DNA of 64,000 nucleotides. It comes from Candidatus Binatia bacterium (GTDB lineage: Bacteria; Desulfobacterota; Binatia; Bin18). The notes beneath the pieces are model-generated. The model ran no database searches. It was not told where the DNA came from and saw only the letters and a list, made by a program, of their open reading frames with translations. Position 1 is the first letter of the stretch, and every line of letters starts with the position of its first letter. The DNA lies in the NCBI GenBank assembly GCA_963666315.2, contig CAXXHG010000021.1, forward strand, positions 128,001 to 192,000, written 5' to 3'. A program made the translations under genes and the position numbers. Positions 31,088 to 42,224 of the stretch are shown here, in pieces.

Positions 31088-32398
31088 TTACGCACTCTCG
31101 TCCGGAACCATTCCTAATAAGTCAATAACGACCTTGCAGCCCGGGACAGGGAGGGGCCCAGGGATACGCACTGTGGTACTCGCCGGTGGATCGGTTGGAA
31201 AGGATTCTGCCCACGTTACAAATGAGGTAAAAAATTCGCCAAAGTCGGTATAAAATCCTCGCCTGCGCAGGAGATAAGCACGCGTTGTTCCCGCTGCTTC
31301 GCAAATGGCATCGATATTCTTCACGATGTAGTTGACTTCTTTTTCCGCAGGGGAAGAGTAGTACGGAAAATTGGGATCAACCCGCGCTTCCGCGGGGACT
31401 CCGGTCCGGTAATCGCTGGCCATCTGGCCTGAGAAAAAGAGGAAGGGACCAGCTTGGATAGCTTGCGGCTCATGTGCCAAGGGAGTAGGGGCAGCATCAG
31501 TCTGGATAGTACGCTTTGCCGGTCCGTCTTGCGGAACATAAGCGATAAGATTGACGGCAATACGCAAACCAGGAACGCCAAGATCACTCACCGGGACCGT
31601 CGTCCTGGCAGGCGGGTTTGTTGGAAAGTATTTTTTCCAGACCTGCTCCAGGCGGTAAAAGTCTTGCACGTCTGTCATGTAGACTTCTGCCTTCACAACG
31701 TCCGCAAGAGAGGCCCCAGCAGCCTGAAGAACTGCTTGCTGCGCTTCGAGAATATATTCGGTTTGTAACCGTGCGCTCTCGGCATAGTAGATGAAGTTGG
31801 GGTCGACCTGGGCTTGAGGTGCGACGCCTGCTGAGAAGTCCGTGGCCGTAATACCCGTAGTAAAGATGAATTCTCCAGCTTTGACTCCGTACTGGTACAG
31901 AGCTTGGCCATTGAGCCCCTGAATTGCAGGTTGCGGCAGTGAAGCGGCTCGAACAACCTCCGGACGCTGGCCGGTATCAGACACAAAGCCGACCATATCG
32001 ACTTCGAGCGTACAGCCCGGCACAGGCAATTCATCTAAAATAACTGAAGTATGTGGCGGCACACCTGTTGAACCAAAAATTTGCTGCAAGACCTGTGCAG
32101 CGCCGTGCAGCTCATCCACGTCCGTGTGGTAGAGCGTAAAGGAAACGCACTGTTCCAAAGAGGAGCCCGAAGCTTCAAGCGAGGTGCGGAGATTGTTGGC
32201 AATATAGTTGGCCTGTCGTTCGATATTGAGTCCATGATTGGGGAAGTTCGGGTTGATAGTAGCGTCCGGCGGGATGCCGGTTTTGAAATCGGAGGCCACT
32301 TGTCCGGATATAAAGACAAATGGCCCGGCCTTAATTGCCGGGGAGTATGCGACTCGTGGTAGGGGAAGGGACTCAGGAAAGATGGCTTCCTTTTTCAT
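31088..32398 (-). CDS. Triple-domain RidA family protein
   Basis: Three repeats starting AGPFVFISGQ / AGEFIFTTG / AGPFLFFSGQ, each followed by (I/V)(N/D)PNF. Confidence 0.88.
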   Translation of the reverse strand: MKKEAIFPESLPLPRVAYSPAIKAGPFVFISGQVASDFKTGIPPDATINPNFPNHGLNIERQANYIANNLRTSLEASGSSLEQCVSFTLYHTDVDELHGAAQVLQQIFGSTGVPPHTSVILDELPVPGCTLEVDMVGFVSDTGQRPEVVRAASLPQPAIQGLNGQALYQYGVKAGEFIFTTGITATDFSAGVAPQAQVDPNFIYYAESARLQTEYILEAQQAVLQAAGASLADVVKAEVYMTDVQDFYRLEQVWKKYFPTNPPARTTVPVSDLGVPGLRIAVNLIAYVPQDGPAKRTIQTDAAPTPLAHEPQAIQAGPFLFFSGQMASDYRTGVPAEARVDPNFPYYSSPAEKEVNYIVKNIDAICEAAGTTRAYLLRRRGFYTDFGEFFTSFVTWAESFPTDPPASTTVRIPGPLPVPGCKVVIDLLGMVPDESA

Positions 32399-32578
32399 AC
32401 GCCTCTCCTTTATTCATGCTGGATCCTTGCGCGTCGCGCCAAACGAAGTCAAGACGTACCAGGATTTTCGGTTGCGGACGTATCCAGCTGGTGCCATAAT
32501 CCGTTTCATCTGAAAGAAAGGCAGGGGAGGGCATGGCAAACCTACTGGTGAAGGGCGGTATGGGCTGAATCGGATATC

Positions 32579-33952
32579 GTGAGCAAAATGGTGGAGGGGC
32601 GTAAAGTACAAACTGAATCGGCGGTTCCACCTGGTGGTAAGGTCATCGTTATTGGCGCTGGCTTCAGCGGGATTGCAGCGGCGCGCACCCTGAAAGAAGC
32701 GGGCTATGACGTGACCGTCCTCGAAGCACGAGATCGCATAGGAGGCCGCGTCTGCACGGATCGACGTTTTGGAACTCCGATAGACCTGGGGGCGTCTTGG
32801 CTGCATGGAGGGCCCGGGAATCCGCTCAAGTCAGTCGCCAAGACGCTTGGAGTAAAAACCAGGGTCAGTGACTACGGGAACCTTGCCGCCTATCGTTTAG
32901 ATACCCTGGGACGGTTACCCCTCCGGCAGGAAGATCTTGAACACGAGCGCGTGCGACTGGACTCCGCGCTGTACCGCAAGAACGTGTGGCCGTATTTCTC
33001 GACCATGCTGCGCGATTGGCTCGGACTCGCTGGGACGCGGGTGTCTGTTGCCGATGTCTTGGAAAAACTGCCTTTCCGTCCAACCCCAGCGGGACGCTTT
33101 GCTGCATGCAGAATAGAGAAAGGGATAGAGGCGATCTATGCTGCGCCCGCGCAAGAACTTGGTTTTGCCAATCTCCTATACGAATCGGCAACGGACCTAG
33201 GAGGGCCGAGTCTGCCGCAGGGAGAGCAGTTTGTCCTTGGTGGGATGGATGCTCTGATAGACCACTTTGCCGAAGCGGTGTCGGTCCAATTCGGCCAAAC
33301 GGTGAAGCGGATTTCGTATGGAGCGAAGGGCGTTCAAGTGGGGACCGGACGAGAAGTTTTTTCGGTGGATGGGACTATTGTGACCGTCTCTATTGGTCTG
33401 TTGCGGTCTGGCCGTCTCACCTTTGATCCGGAGCTGCCCCAATTTCACCGGACTGCCCTGTCGCGTATGGGTATGGGGCTGCTCAATAAAGTGATCCTGC
33501 ATTTTCCTCGCGTGTTTTGGCCTGAAGAGGCGGACTTTCTATTCGTGTGTGGCGATACGTTGTGTCCTTTGTACGTCAACTTTGCTGCGTATGCGGGCAT
33601 CCCGATTCTGGTTGGTCTCAGTGGTGGAACAGCCGCCCATGAAATTGAGGATTTGTCAGATCAGGCCATCGTTGCACGGCTTTGCAAAGAGTTGTCCGGA
33701 ATCATGGGGAATGCCGTCCCCGAGCCGACTGATGTCATTGTCCAGCGTTGGCGTTCTGATCCGTTTGCCTTGGGGTCGTATGCGTATTTGCGTGTCGGGG
33801 CGAACGGGGGAGAACCCAAAGTCCTCTCTACGCCAGTGGCAGGTCGAGTCTTCTTTGCCGGGGAAGCCTTGCACCCGCACGACCCTGGAACGGTGCATGG
33901 CGCGTACTGGTCAGGCCAGCACGCGGCTCGGCAGGTGCAGGAGGAGCCTTGA
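32579..33952 (+). CDS. Flavin monoamine/polyamine oxidase family
   Basis: VIGAGFSGIAAA, LEARDRIGGR, DLGASWLHG, WRSDPFALGSY, FFAGEA, GTVHGAYWSG. Confidence 0.92.
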   Translation: MSKMVEGRKVQTESAVPPGGKVIVIGAGFSGIAAARTLKEAGYDVTVLEARDRIGGRVCTDRRFGTPIDLGASWLHGGPGNPLKSVAKTLGVKTRVSDYGNLAAYRLDTLGRLPLRQEDLEHERVRLDSALYRKNVWPYFSTMLRDWLGLAGTRVSVADVLEKLPFRPTPAGRFAACRIEKGIEAIYAAPAQELGFANLLYESATDLGGPSLPQGEQFVLGGMDALIDHFAEAVSVQFGQTVKRISYGAKGVQVGTGREVFSVDGTIVTVSIGLLRSGRLTFDPELPQFHRTALSRMGMGLLNKVILHFPRVFWPEEADFLFVCGDTLCPLYVNFAAYAGIPILVGLSGGTAAHEIEDLSDQAIVARLCKELSGIMGNAVPEPTDVIVQRWRSDPFALGSYAYLRVGANGGEPKVLSTPVAGRVFFAGEALHPHDPGTVHGAYWSGQHAARQVQEEP

Positions 33953-34399
33953 GAACCTGAGGCGTTGGATCTCGAGCGCACGAGTTGACCTCAACCCCTA
34001 CCAGGTGGATGCGGTGCTTCTTGCCCTGCGTTCCCCTCTCTCAGATGAGCTAGAAGTGAAAGAGCGAAATATGCGCTTTTTCGATGAGGAAGTGCGAAAG
34101 CTAGACCATCGTCAGATGACTGAAAGCAAGGACTGAAGCAGAAAATTAAGGAACTGGACAAACAGATTCGGGAAGCTCGCAAAGCCGTCGGGTTGACGGG
34201 TTCTTTGCAGGAGAAACTTGGAGCCCAAAAGACCATTAAGTTACTCCAATCGACTCGGAAGGAACGACGCAAGCGGCTGTTCGATGCACAAGACGAAATT
34301 GATATAAAGCGCGATGAACTCATTACCAAGGTTGAGAGTCAACTAAAACAGCGGCAGACGGTAACACCGTTATTCATAGTTCGTGGGGTGCTGGATTGA
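33951..34399 (+). pseudogene. SNF2-like helicase remnant (N- and C-terminal ends only)
   Basis: ARVDLNPYQVDAVLLALRSPLS abuts ERNMRFFDEEVRKLD and RRKRLFDAQDEIDIKRDELI. The helicase core is deleted. Confidence 0.75.
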
Positions 34400-34417
34400 A
34401 GAGGGACAGGGGGAACG

Positions 34418-35550
34418 ATGGCAAAGACTAAACTCGAACTGACATGGATCGGTAAAGGGAACCGGCCTCGTCTGGAACCGCGTATTTTACTGGAAGATGC
34501 GGGGAAATCCTACCACGCTCCATATCAAGTCAGTGGGGAAGATGTCTTTGATAATCGGCTAATACACGGCGACAATTTGCTTGCACTAAAGGCTTTGGAG
34601 CAGGAGTTCGCAGGAAAGATCAAGTGCATATTCATTGATCCACCATACAACACTGGATCAGCATTCGAGCACTATGACGATGGAATCGAGCATTCGCTGT
34701 GGCTCTCGCTGATACGAGAGCGTCTTGAAATCCTCAAGAAACTTTTGAGTAAAGACGGTTCGATCTGGATCACTATTGATGACAATGAGGCCCATTACCT
34801 CAAAGTGCTTTGTGATGAAGTGTTCGGACGGCGCCAATTTGTTGCCAACATCGTATGGCAAAAAAGAACGTCGCGGGAAAATCGATCTGCAATAGGTTCG
34901 GCTCATGACGACATTCTTGTTTACGCTCTTTGCGGTCCGAAAGAATGGAAGAACGTCCGTAATCGCTTACCATCAAACGACGCAGGCTACTCAAATCCAG
35001 ACAATGATCCACGTGGTCTCTGGCGCTCAATACCATTCACGGCGCAGGGCTACCGCAAGAATCAAATGTACAAAATCGAGACGCCCACTGGTGAAAGGCT
35101 TGATCCATCCAGAGGTCGGTGTTGGGGGGCAACTGAGCCAGTCTTTCTAGAATTTCTGGCCGGCAATAGAGTTTATTTTCCGAGGAACGGTGCTGGCCGG
35201 CCGCGAATTAAGCAGTTTCAAGGGGAAGAGCAGGGACTGGTTCCTATGACATGGTGGGAAGCTTCATGGGCAGGAGACAATGAACGAGCAAAGAAAGAAA
35301 TTCTTGCTTTGTTCCATAACCAGAACCCTTTCCCGACCCCGAAACCGGGAATGTTGCCCCAACAGATAATTCACCTCGCGACAAATTCGGGGGAATGGGT
35401 TCTTGATTCTTTTGAAGGATCGGGGACGACCGGTGCTGTTGCTCATAAGATGGGCCGGAGCTGGATAATGGCTGAATTGGGAGATCATTGCCACACGCAC
35501 ATCTGTCCACGCCACAGTTTTCCTTATTTGCTGATGGGGATAAGCAATGA
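34418..35550 (+). pseudogene. mod: Type III R-M Mod adenine methyltransferase with C-terminal internal deletion
   Basis: KLELTWIGK, GDNLLALKAL, IDPPYNTG, degenerate DSFEGSGTTG. The likely native tail QFSLFADGDKQ* lies in another frame and overlaps the res start. Confidence 0.85.
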
Positions 35551-37730
35551 ATCATCACGTCAACGCTATTGCCAACCGTTTGAGCCTGCGCCAGCCACAG
35601 CGGGATTCGCTCGAAATCCTGGCCCACGTCTGCGACATTATAAAGCTGGAGAAAGATGCTGATGCTGTTCAACAACTCGACATTATAAAGTCGGAATTCT
35701 CGACAGTCACCGATTTTGAGAGAGACTTTCCATCTCTGTGCTTCGCCTTAGCGACCGGAGTTGGCAAAACACGCTTGATGGGAGCGTTCATCGCGTATTT
35801 ATATCGGGCGGAGGGCGTCGGTCATTTCTTCGTATTGGCTCCTAACCTGCCGATCTACAACAAAGTCCTCACCGACTTTACCCCCAACATGCCGAAGTAC
35901 GTCTTCCAAGGTATTTCTGAGTTCGCAAATAACCCACCTGAGATCATCACAGGTGACAACTACCAGACTGGTCGCGGTATTCGGAGTAAATACCGTGCTG
36001 AACCCCTGCTGCTCGATGACGATCCTATCCAAGTCAACATCTTTAATATCTCAAAAATCAACACCGAAGTGAGAGGAGGCAAGGCTCAACGGATTAAACG
36101 ACTCAGCGAGTATATTGGGGACAACTATTTCGACTATCTAGCGAAACTCGATGACTTGGTTCTGTTGATGGATGAATCTCATCGTTATCGAGCTTCGGCA
36201 GGGGGACGAGCGATCAACGAACTCAAGCCTATTCTCGGACTCGAACTAACAGCTACTCCGCAGATCGAAAGAGGGAGACAGTCCGAGCCGCTCAAGAACG
36301 TCATCTTCAGTTATCCGCTGTCCGCTGCCCTGACCGATGGCTTCGTTAAACAACCAGCCGTTGCAACACGACAGAACTTCAATGTTGACAACTATGACGA
36401 GGATTTCCTCGAAAAGATCAAGCTCGAAGACGGGGTACGAGTCCACGAGGAATGCAAGGTGCAATTAGAGGTGTATTCACGAGAGAACCACTTGAAAAGG
36501 GTCAAGCCGTTTGTGCTGGTCGTGGCTCGTGATGCAGACCATGCGAACGCTCTGGTGAAGACGATTGAGGCCGCTGACTTCTTCAACGGTCAGCACAAAG
36601 GGAAGGTCATTACTGTCCACTCAAAGATTAAGGGCGAAGAGGGAGATGAGATTGTTCAGCAACTCCCAACCGTTGAAGACCCACACAATCCGGTCGAGAT
36701 TGTCGTTCACGTCAATATGCTCAACGAAGGTTGGGATGTCACCAATCTGTACTCTATCGTGCCTCTCCGCAAAGCAGATTCACGCACTCCTGTCGAACAA
36801 TCAATTGGTCGTGGCCTACGCCTCCCGTACGGGAGGCGGACTGGAAATGATGCCGTGGATCGTCTGACGATCGTGGCCCACGATAAGATTCAAGAAATCG
36901 TGGATGCGGCGAATCGTGGCGATTCGATTCTTGTCACTGGCATTGTCATTGGTAAGGACATTCCTGAAAAGAAGTCAACGATCATTCAAGTTGAACCAAC
37001 GGTTGTCGGACGCATCATTGGGCAAACCGGATCAGCGGCAGGCGGCCAAGAACAAAAGCCGTTGTTCGAAACAGAACAGGAGAAAGATATCGCTCTTACA
37101 ACTCTGGAAGTCTTCAAAGAGTTTGAGCGTCTCTCCCGCTCCTCTGATCTTACATCACCAGAAGTACAGCGGAAAATTGTCGAGAAAGTACACGCCGTAA
37201 TTACGCCCGCTCAGAGAAAATTGGTAGGTATAGCGCAACCGCCGCCTGACGTTCCAGCGGTTGTGGAGAAAACAACAAATACATACGTAAAACTATCCAT
37301 TGATGTGCCCCGCGTTGTTGTTGTCCCGACCGGTGAAGTTACGTGTGGTGTCCAGGACTTCGCCCTCGACACCAGTGGCATCCATCTACAGCCAGTGCCG
37401 CACGATATCCTTATACAGATGCTTCGTGACAATCAGCGCTAGCGGTTAAGTCCCGTGAACGTCGCAGCAGAGGAGAGACTTGAGAACTATCTCGTTCGAG
37501 GGCTGATTGATTTCGATGACATCAGCTACGACGAGCATGCGAAATTGCTCTACAAGTTAACCGGCCAAATGGTTGCCCATTTACAATCACATCTCTCTAA
37601 TGGAGACGACGTACTCAATGTCCTACAAGCCGACAGTCAGCATTTGGTACGTATCGTCTACACGCAAATGCAAGAGCATTCCCAACAAGCTCTTTGCGGG
37701 CCACAAACCCAGCAGCGACGTCTTGAATAG
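35547..37730 (+). pseudogene. res: Type III R-M Res helicase/endonuclease, nonsense at 37440 and 3' truncated
   Basis: LATGVGKT, DESHRY, ELTATP, EGWDV, EQSIGRGLRLP. The nuclease domain is not found. Confidence 0.88.
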
Positions 37731-37863
37731 CTGTGCCGACTGATTTGAAGAGGGTGATCTCGTCCAGGCCTGACCGGTCTTGGGCGCGACCAACAACGTG
37801 AATAATCAGTAGTATTTGCACCCGCTCACTTCTGTCGTTACGCAGCCTTTCTTCTCGTAATGC

Positions 37864-38330
37864 TTGAGAGAGGTCCCATGTTGCTTGGAGATTCATCCAG
37901 AGCTTAGCCGACGGACACTGCACTTCGGTGATACCCCATCGCAAACTATGCAGCCGCAGGTACAGATTGAGTTAGTGTCGCCCTCTCAGGCATATTCCCA
38001 CATTGAGAGACCGGAGGCGAAAAAGAGGCAGCTGAGGCCGGTTTCGGAGAGAACGCCCGTAGGCAAGCAAGAGCCTCAAGTCTATAGCCAGGCTGAGGTG
38101 GAGCTGTACACCACCAGTTGCTGCCATTACTGTAAAAAGGCGCGCGCGTTTTTTAACGGGCGTGGCGTTCTTTTTCTGAATATAACATTGAAATCGACGC
38201 AGAGGCGGCCGTTCGTAAACAAGAGATCGATGGCCGTCCCGGGGTTCCGCTTGCCCTGGTGAATGGTCAAGCGATTCATGGGTTCTTGCCCCAGTTGTAT
38301 GAGCAAGCCTTGCAGGCCGGATTGCCATGA
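37864..38330 (+). pseudogene. DUF4124-like plus glutaredoxin (NrdH-like) protein, degraded
   Basis: LHFGDTP, VELYTTSCCHYCKKARAF, then YNIE...GVPLALVNG in a shifted frame. Confidence 0.65.
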
Positions 38331-38552
38331 ATTACCAAAGCCGATCCACTCTGCCTGGATTTCCTCTCATCTAAATTGCCACCGGATGAACGCCGCAGTC
38401 GGTTGATTCGTAAGTGTCGTAAGCGACTGTCTCTGCTGCGCTGTGTCTACGACACGCCTTCTGCCTTAACAATCCGCTCCCCCTGGGTCCCTGCCCATGC
38501 TAGGCTGATTGCATCTTTCTAGGCATTGCCAGGCATTACGAGGAACCGCAAC

Positions 38553-39200
38553 GTGAAATTTCAGGCTGTTATTTTCGATTGTGATGGTGTGCTTGTTGAC
38601 AGTGAAACCCTGGCCAGCCGGGTGCTTGTCGAGTACGTTGACGAGCTGGGCCTGACACTTTCGCTTGAAGAGGTCCTGGCCCTGTTCAAAGGCCGCAAGA
38701 TGGCCGAGTGTGTAGCCGACGTTGAACAACGGCTCGGACGGGCTGTGCCGGCCAGCTTTGTCCCAAATTTTCGTGTGCGCTGTGCCAAAGCGTTTCAAAC
38801 TCATCTCAAGCCGATACCTGGAGTCGAAACCGTGCTGCGTATGTTGTCCGTGCCGTTCTGTGTGGCTTCCAGTGGGCCGCGGGAGAAGATGGAGCTGACG
38901 CTCAGTATCACTGGGCTGCGAGCCTATTTTGAAAACCGAATTTTCAGTGCCTACGAAGTCGGAAGTTGGAAACCCGATCCTGGTTTATTTCTGCATGCCG
39001 CACAAGCGCTGAAGGCACCGCCACGAGCGTGTGCCGTAGTTGAAGATAGCCTACCCGGGGTGCAGGCCGGCGTTGCCGCAGGGATGACGGTATTCGGTTA
39101 TGCAGCAGGCGCTGACGCCGCGCCCCTTATTGCAGCCGGCGCGTCTGTCTTTCATGAGATGGACCAACTCTTGGAGCTGCTCACCACAGACGCGCAGTAG
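38553..39200 (+). CDS. HAD hydrolase (YieH-like)
   Basis: VIFDCDGVLVDSE, VASSG, WKPDPGLF, VVEDSLPG. Confidence 0.92.
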   Translation: MKFQAVIFDCDGVLVDSETLASRVLVEYVDELGLTLSLEEVLALFKGRKMAECVADVEQRLGRAVPASFVPNFRVRCAKAFQTHLKPIPGVETVLRMLSVPFCVASSGPREKMELTLSITGLRAYFENRIFSAYEVGSWKPDPGLFLHAAQALKAPPRACAVVEDSLPGVQAGVAAGMTVFGYAAGADAAPLIAAGASVFHEMDQLLELLTTDAQ

Positions 39201-39433
39201 TCAGGAGGAGTGATGACCATCCTGGCATCATTCCTCCTGGCATCAGACCAGCTGATCTTCCGCCGATGGCAGTGCCGGGTTAATTGACTCCTTGGAGCAA
39301 GGCATCTCTTGCTGAGTCTTCCTTCTCGGTGCGAACACTTCTATGGTAAAATAAGTGGGCGGACTCTTGAAAACTGTGAAAAACTTACCCGCAGCAGAGC
39401 CGTCTGAAAGCCGAGCAACAGCGGAGGCAGATC

Positions 39434-40285
39434 ATGGGGCAAGCCAATCTTGGACATTGGGTGATCGGTATTGAAGGTCTTGCTTTGCTTCGCCACTGGC
39501 TCACCGGAGCAGGAGAAAACGTTGCAGACCGCCTCCGAGAGATTACGCGATTTATCAACGTGCCTGGTGCCGCACCTCTCTCTATCCTCTTCGACGTGCC
39601 GGAAAAGGACTGCCGGGATGGGTACGCGGCCTGGTCTGCGACCTACGATTATATCCCCAACCCGCTGATTCAGATTGAAGAGCCGCTGCTGCGCTCTCTC
39701 ATTGACCAACTCCCTATCGGGAAAGCCCTAGATGCCGGCTGTGGGACGGGGCGGCACGCGGCCTATCTCGCCTCACGTGGCTATGAAGTCATAGGCGTGG
39801 ATGCGAGCCCCGAGATGTTGGCTCATGCTCGGACAAAACTACCGGGAGCAAATTTTCGGATAGGCGATGTTGCCTCTTTTCCTCTGACGGATGGCAGTAT
39901 TGACCTGGCCGTGTGTGCCTTAACCCTGGTGCATTTCGCCGATCTTGAGCCACCTATACGAGAACTGGCCCGCGTTGTCCGGTCCGGTGGTCGGATTCTT
40001 TTGTCGGACCAGCATCCTTTTATGGCGGCCCTGGGCGGTGCGGCATTTTATGTGAGCGGGGATGGCAGTTTTGGTTATATCACAGGCTATTTTCATCTCC
40101 ACACTGACTACTTTGCCGCATTCAAAAAAGCGGGTCTGGTCGTCCAACAATGTCTCGAACCGTCTTACGGACCGGCAGAAATTGATATCTTAGCAGACAG
40201 TGTCAAAGAGATTGCGGGTGCAGCATTTCAGACCGCACTCAATGGGATTCCCAGCGCGTTGATCTGGGAGCTCTCGAAAGAGTAA
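39434..40285 (+). CDS. Class I SAM-dependent methyltransferase
   Basis: ALDAGCGTGRH, GVDASPEML, RELARVVRSGG. Confidence 0.9.
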   Translation: MGQANLGHWVIGIEGLALLRHWLTGAGENVADRLREITRFINVPGAAPLSILFDVPEKDCRDGYAAWSATYDYIPNPLIQIEEPLLRSLIDQLPIGKALDAGCGTGRHAAYLASRGYEVIGVDASPEMLAHARTKLPGANFRIGDVASFPLTDGSIDLAVCALTLVHFADLEPPIRELARVVRSGGRILLSDQHPFMAALGGAAFYVSGDGSFGYITGYFHLHTDYFAAFKKAGLVVQQCLEPSYGPAEIDILADSVKEIAGAAFQTALNGIPSALIWELSKE

Positions 40286-40290
40286 CCAAC

Positions 40291-41463
40291 GTGAACGCTG
40301 AACGCAGTGGACTGATCAAAGCCCGTGAACGTATTGAACGTCTGCCGACCTCGAAGATCCGAGAGATTGCCAATACCAGTCTGGGCCTCGAAGGGCTGAT
40401 CCCGCTGTGGTTTGGGGAGTCGGATCTGCCCACGCCGGATTTCATTAAAAAGGCCGGAGCAGACGCTCTGATGCAGGGCTGTACCTTTTACACCCACAAC
40501 CGAGGGATTCCTGAACTTCGCTTAGTCTTGGCCGAGTATCTGACTCGTTTACACGCTCGCCCGGTGGACGTTGACCGGATCACGGTAACAGCGTCAGGCT
40601 GTGCTGCGATTAATCTCATCCAACAAGTCCTGACTGATCCTGGATCGAATACCGTCGTGGTCGGTCCCCTGTGGCCGAACCTTATTGAGACGGTACACAT
40701 CATGGGCGGCGAGACCCGGATTGTGCCCCTGACCTTTGGCGCGCATGCGTGGACGCTCGACCTGGATCGGCTCTTCGACCAAGTCGACGCTAAGACCAGT
40801 GCGATTCTTATCAACTCACCCAGTAACCCCACAGGCTGGGTGATGGACCGAGACCGTCAGTACGCCGTGCTCGACTTTTGTCGTAAGCGTGGGGTGTGGC
40901 TGATTTCCGATGAGGTCTATCACCGCCTGGTGTATGCTCAGCCGCTGGCACCGTCTTTGCTGGATCTTGCTGAACCTGAGGACAAGGTGATTGTGATCAA
41001 CAGCTTCTCCAAGACCTGGGCCATGTCGGGCTGGCGCTTGGGTTGGATTACGGCCCCGCCGCCACTGGGAGATATTTTTGAGAAGGTCATTGAGTTTCAC
41101 TATTCGTGTCCCGCCCATTTTAGTCAGCTGGCCGGGATTTCTGCAGTGACGGAGGGCGAGGACTTCGTGCGTGCTTCCGTCCGGCGCTACCGGGCTGCAC
41201 GTGATCTGAGCGTCGAGCGGCTGGGTTCTCTGCCGCGTGTCCAGCTCCACAGTCCGCCGGGTACGTTTTATCTATTCTTCGCAGTGAACGGCATGAAGGA
41301 TAGTGTTGCAACCTGCCAGCGTTTAGTTGCCGAGACACGCGTCGGCCTCGCCCCAGGCGCGGCGTTCGGCGCAGCCGGTGAGGGGTTTCTTCGCTTGTGT
41401 TTCGCTAACAGTCTGGAAACGCTGAATACGGCGTTAGACCGGCTATTGCCGCTGCTGGATTGA
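40291..41463 (+). CDS. PLP-dependent aminotransferase class I/II
   Basis: NSPSNPTG, SDEVY, NSFSKTWAMSGWRLGW. Confidence 0.93.
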   Translation: MNAERSGLIKARERIERLPTSKIREIANTSLGLEGLIPLWFGESDLPTPDFIKKAGADALMQGCTFYTHNRGIPELRLVLAEYLTRLHARPVDVDRITVTASGCAAINLIQQVLTDPGSNTVVVGPLWPNLIETVHIMGGETRIVPLTFGAHAWTLDLDRLFDQVDAKTSAILINSPSNPTGWVMDRDRQYAVLDFCRKRGVWLISDEVYHRLVYAQPLAPSLLDLAEPEDKVIVINSFSKTWAMSGWRLGWITAPPPLGDIFEKVIEFHYSCPAHFSQLAGISAVTEGEDFVRASVRRYRAARDLSVERLGSLPRVQLHSPPGTFYLFFAVNGMKDSVATCQRLVAETRVGLAPGAAFGAAGEGFLRLCFANSLETLNTALDRLLPLLD

Positions 41464-41556
41464 TTCTTTCGCACCGGGCCAGCCTTTTGCGCCCCTCTTT
41501 ACTTGCCGTTTGCGGGCCACATAGAGTGGCCGCATCTTATTTCGTGGGAGGCTGGT

Positions 41557-42165
41557 ATGAAGATCTATGACGCCGAGACCGCGCCGAATCCGCGTCGCGT
41601 GCGGATCTTTATTGCGGAAAAGGGTATCGAAGTAGCGTACGAACAAGTGGACATCATGAACGCCGTGAATCGCGGGGAAGAATTCCGGAAAAAGAATCCC
41701 ATGGGCACCCTGCCGGTGCTCGAACTCGATGACGGAACCTGTATTGCGGAAAGCGGTGCTATCTGCCGCTATTTTGAAGAGCTGCATCCGGACCCGCCAC
41801 TGATGGGTGTGGATGCCCAGGATAAAGCGGTTGTAGAGATGTGGCACCGTCGCATTGAATTTGAGCTATTCCAACCGACCACGTTTGCTTTTCAGCAACA
41901 GCACGCATTCTTTAAGGGCCGGGTCACTCAGGTCCCGGAGTTTGCCGCAGTGTCGAAACAGAAAGCCGAAAAGAGCTTGGCTTGGTTGGATGGGGTTCTG
42001 GCTGATCAGCCTTTTATTGCCGGCGAGCGCTATACGGTGGCCGATATTGTTGCGCTGTGCGCGGTTGATTTTGGGCGGGTATCGAAGATTAAAATACAGC
42101 CGGATCAGAAAAACCTGGCGCGCTGGCACGAAGAAGTTTCGGCTCGACCCAGCGCCAAGGCGTAA
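41557..42165 (+). CDS. Glutathione S-transferase
   Basis: APNPRRVRIFIAEKG, LPVLELDDG, ESGAICRY, YTVADI. Confidence 0.92.
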   Translation: MKIYDAETAPNPRRVRIFIAEKGIEVAYEQVDIMNAVNRGEEFRKKNPMGTLPVLELDDGTCIAESGAICRYFEELHPDPPLMGVDAQDKAVVEMWHRRIEFELFQPTTFAFQQQHAFFKGRVTQVPEFAAVSKQKAEKSLAWLDGVLADQPFIAGERYTVADIVALCAVDFGRVSKIKIQPDQKNLARWHEEVSARPSAKA

Positions 42166-42224
42166 AGGAGCGCAAGAGTCAGCCCCATCCCACGATCCTA
42201 TCGTACTTTTAACGATAGCAATGC

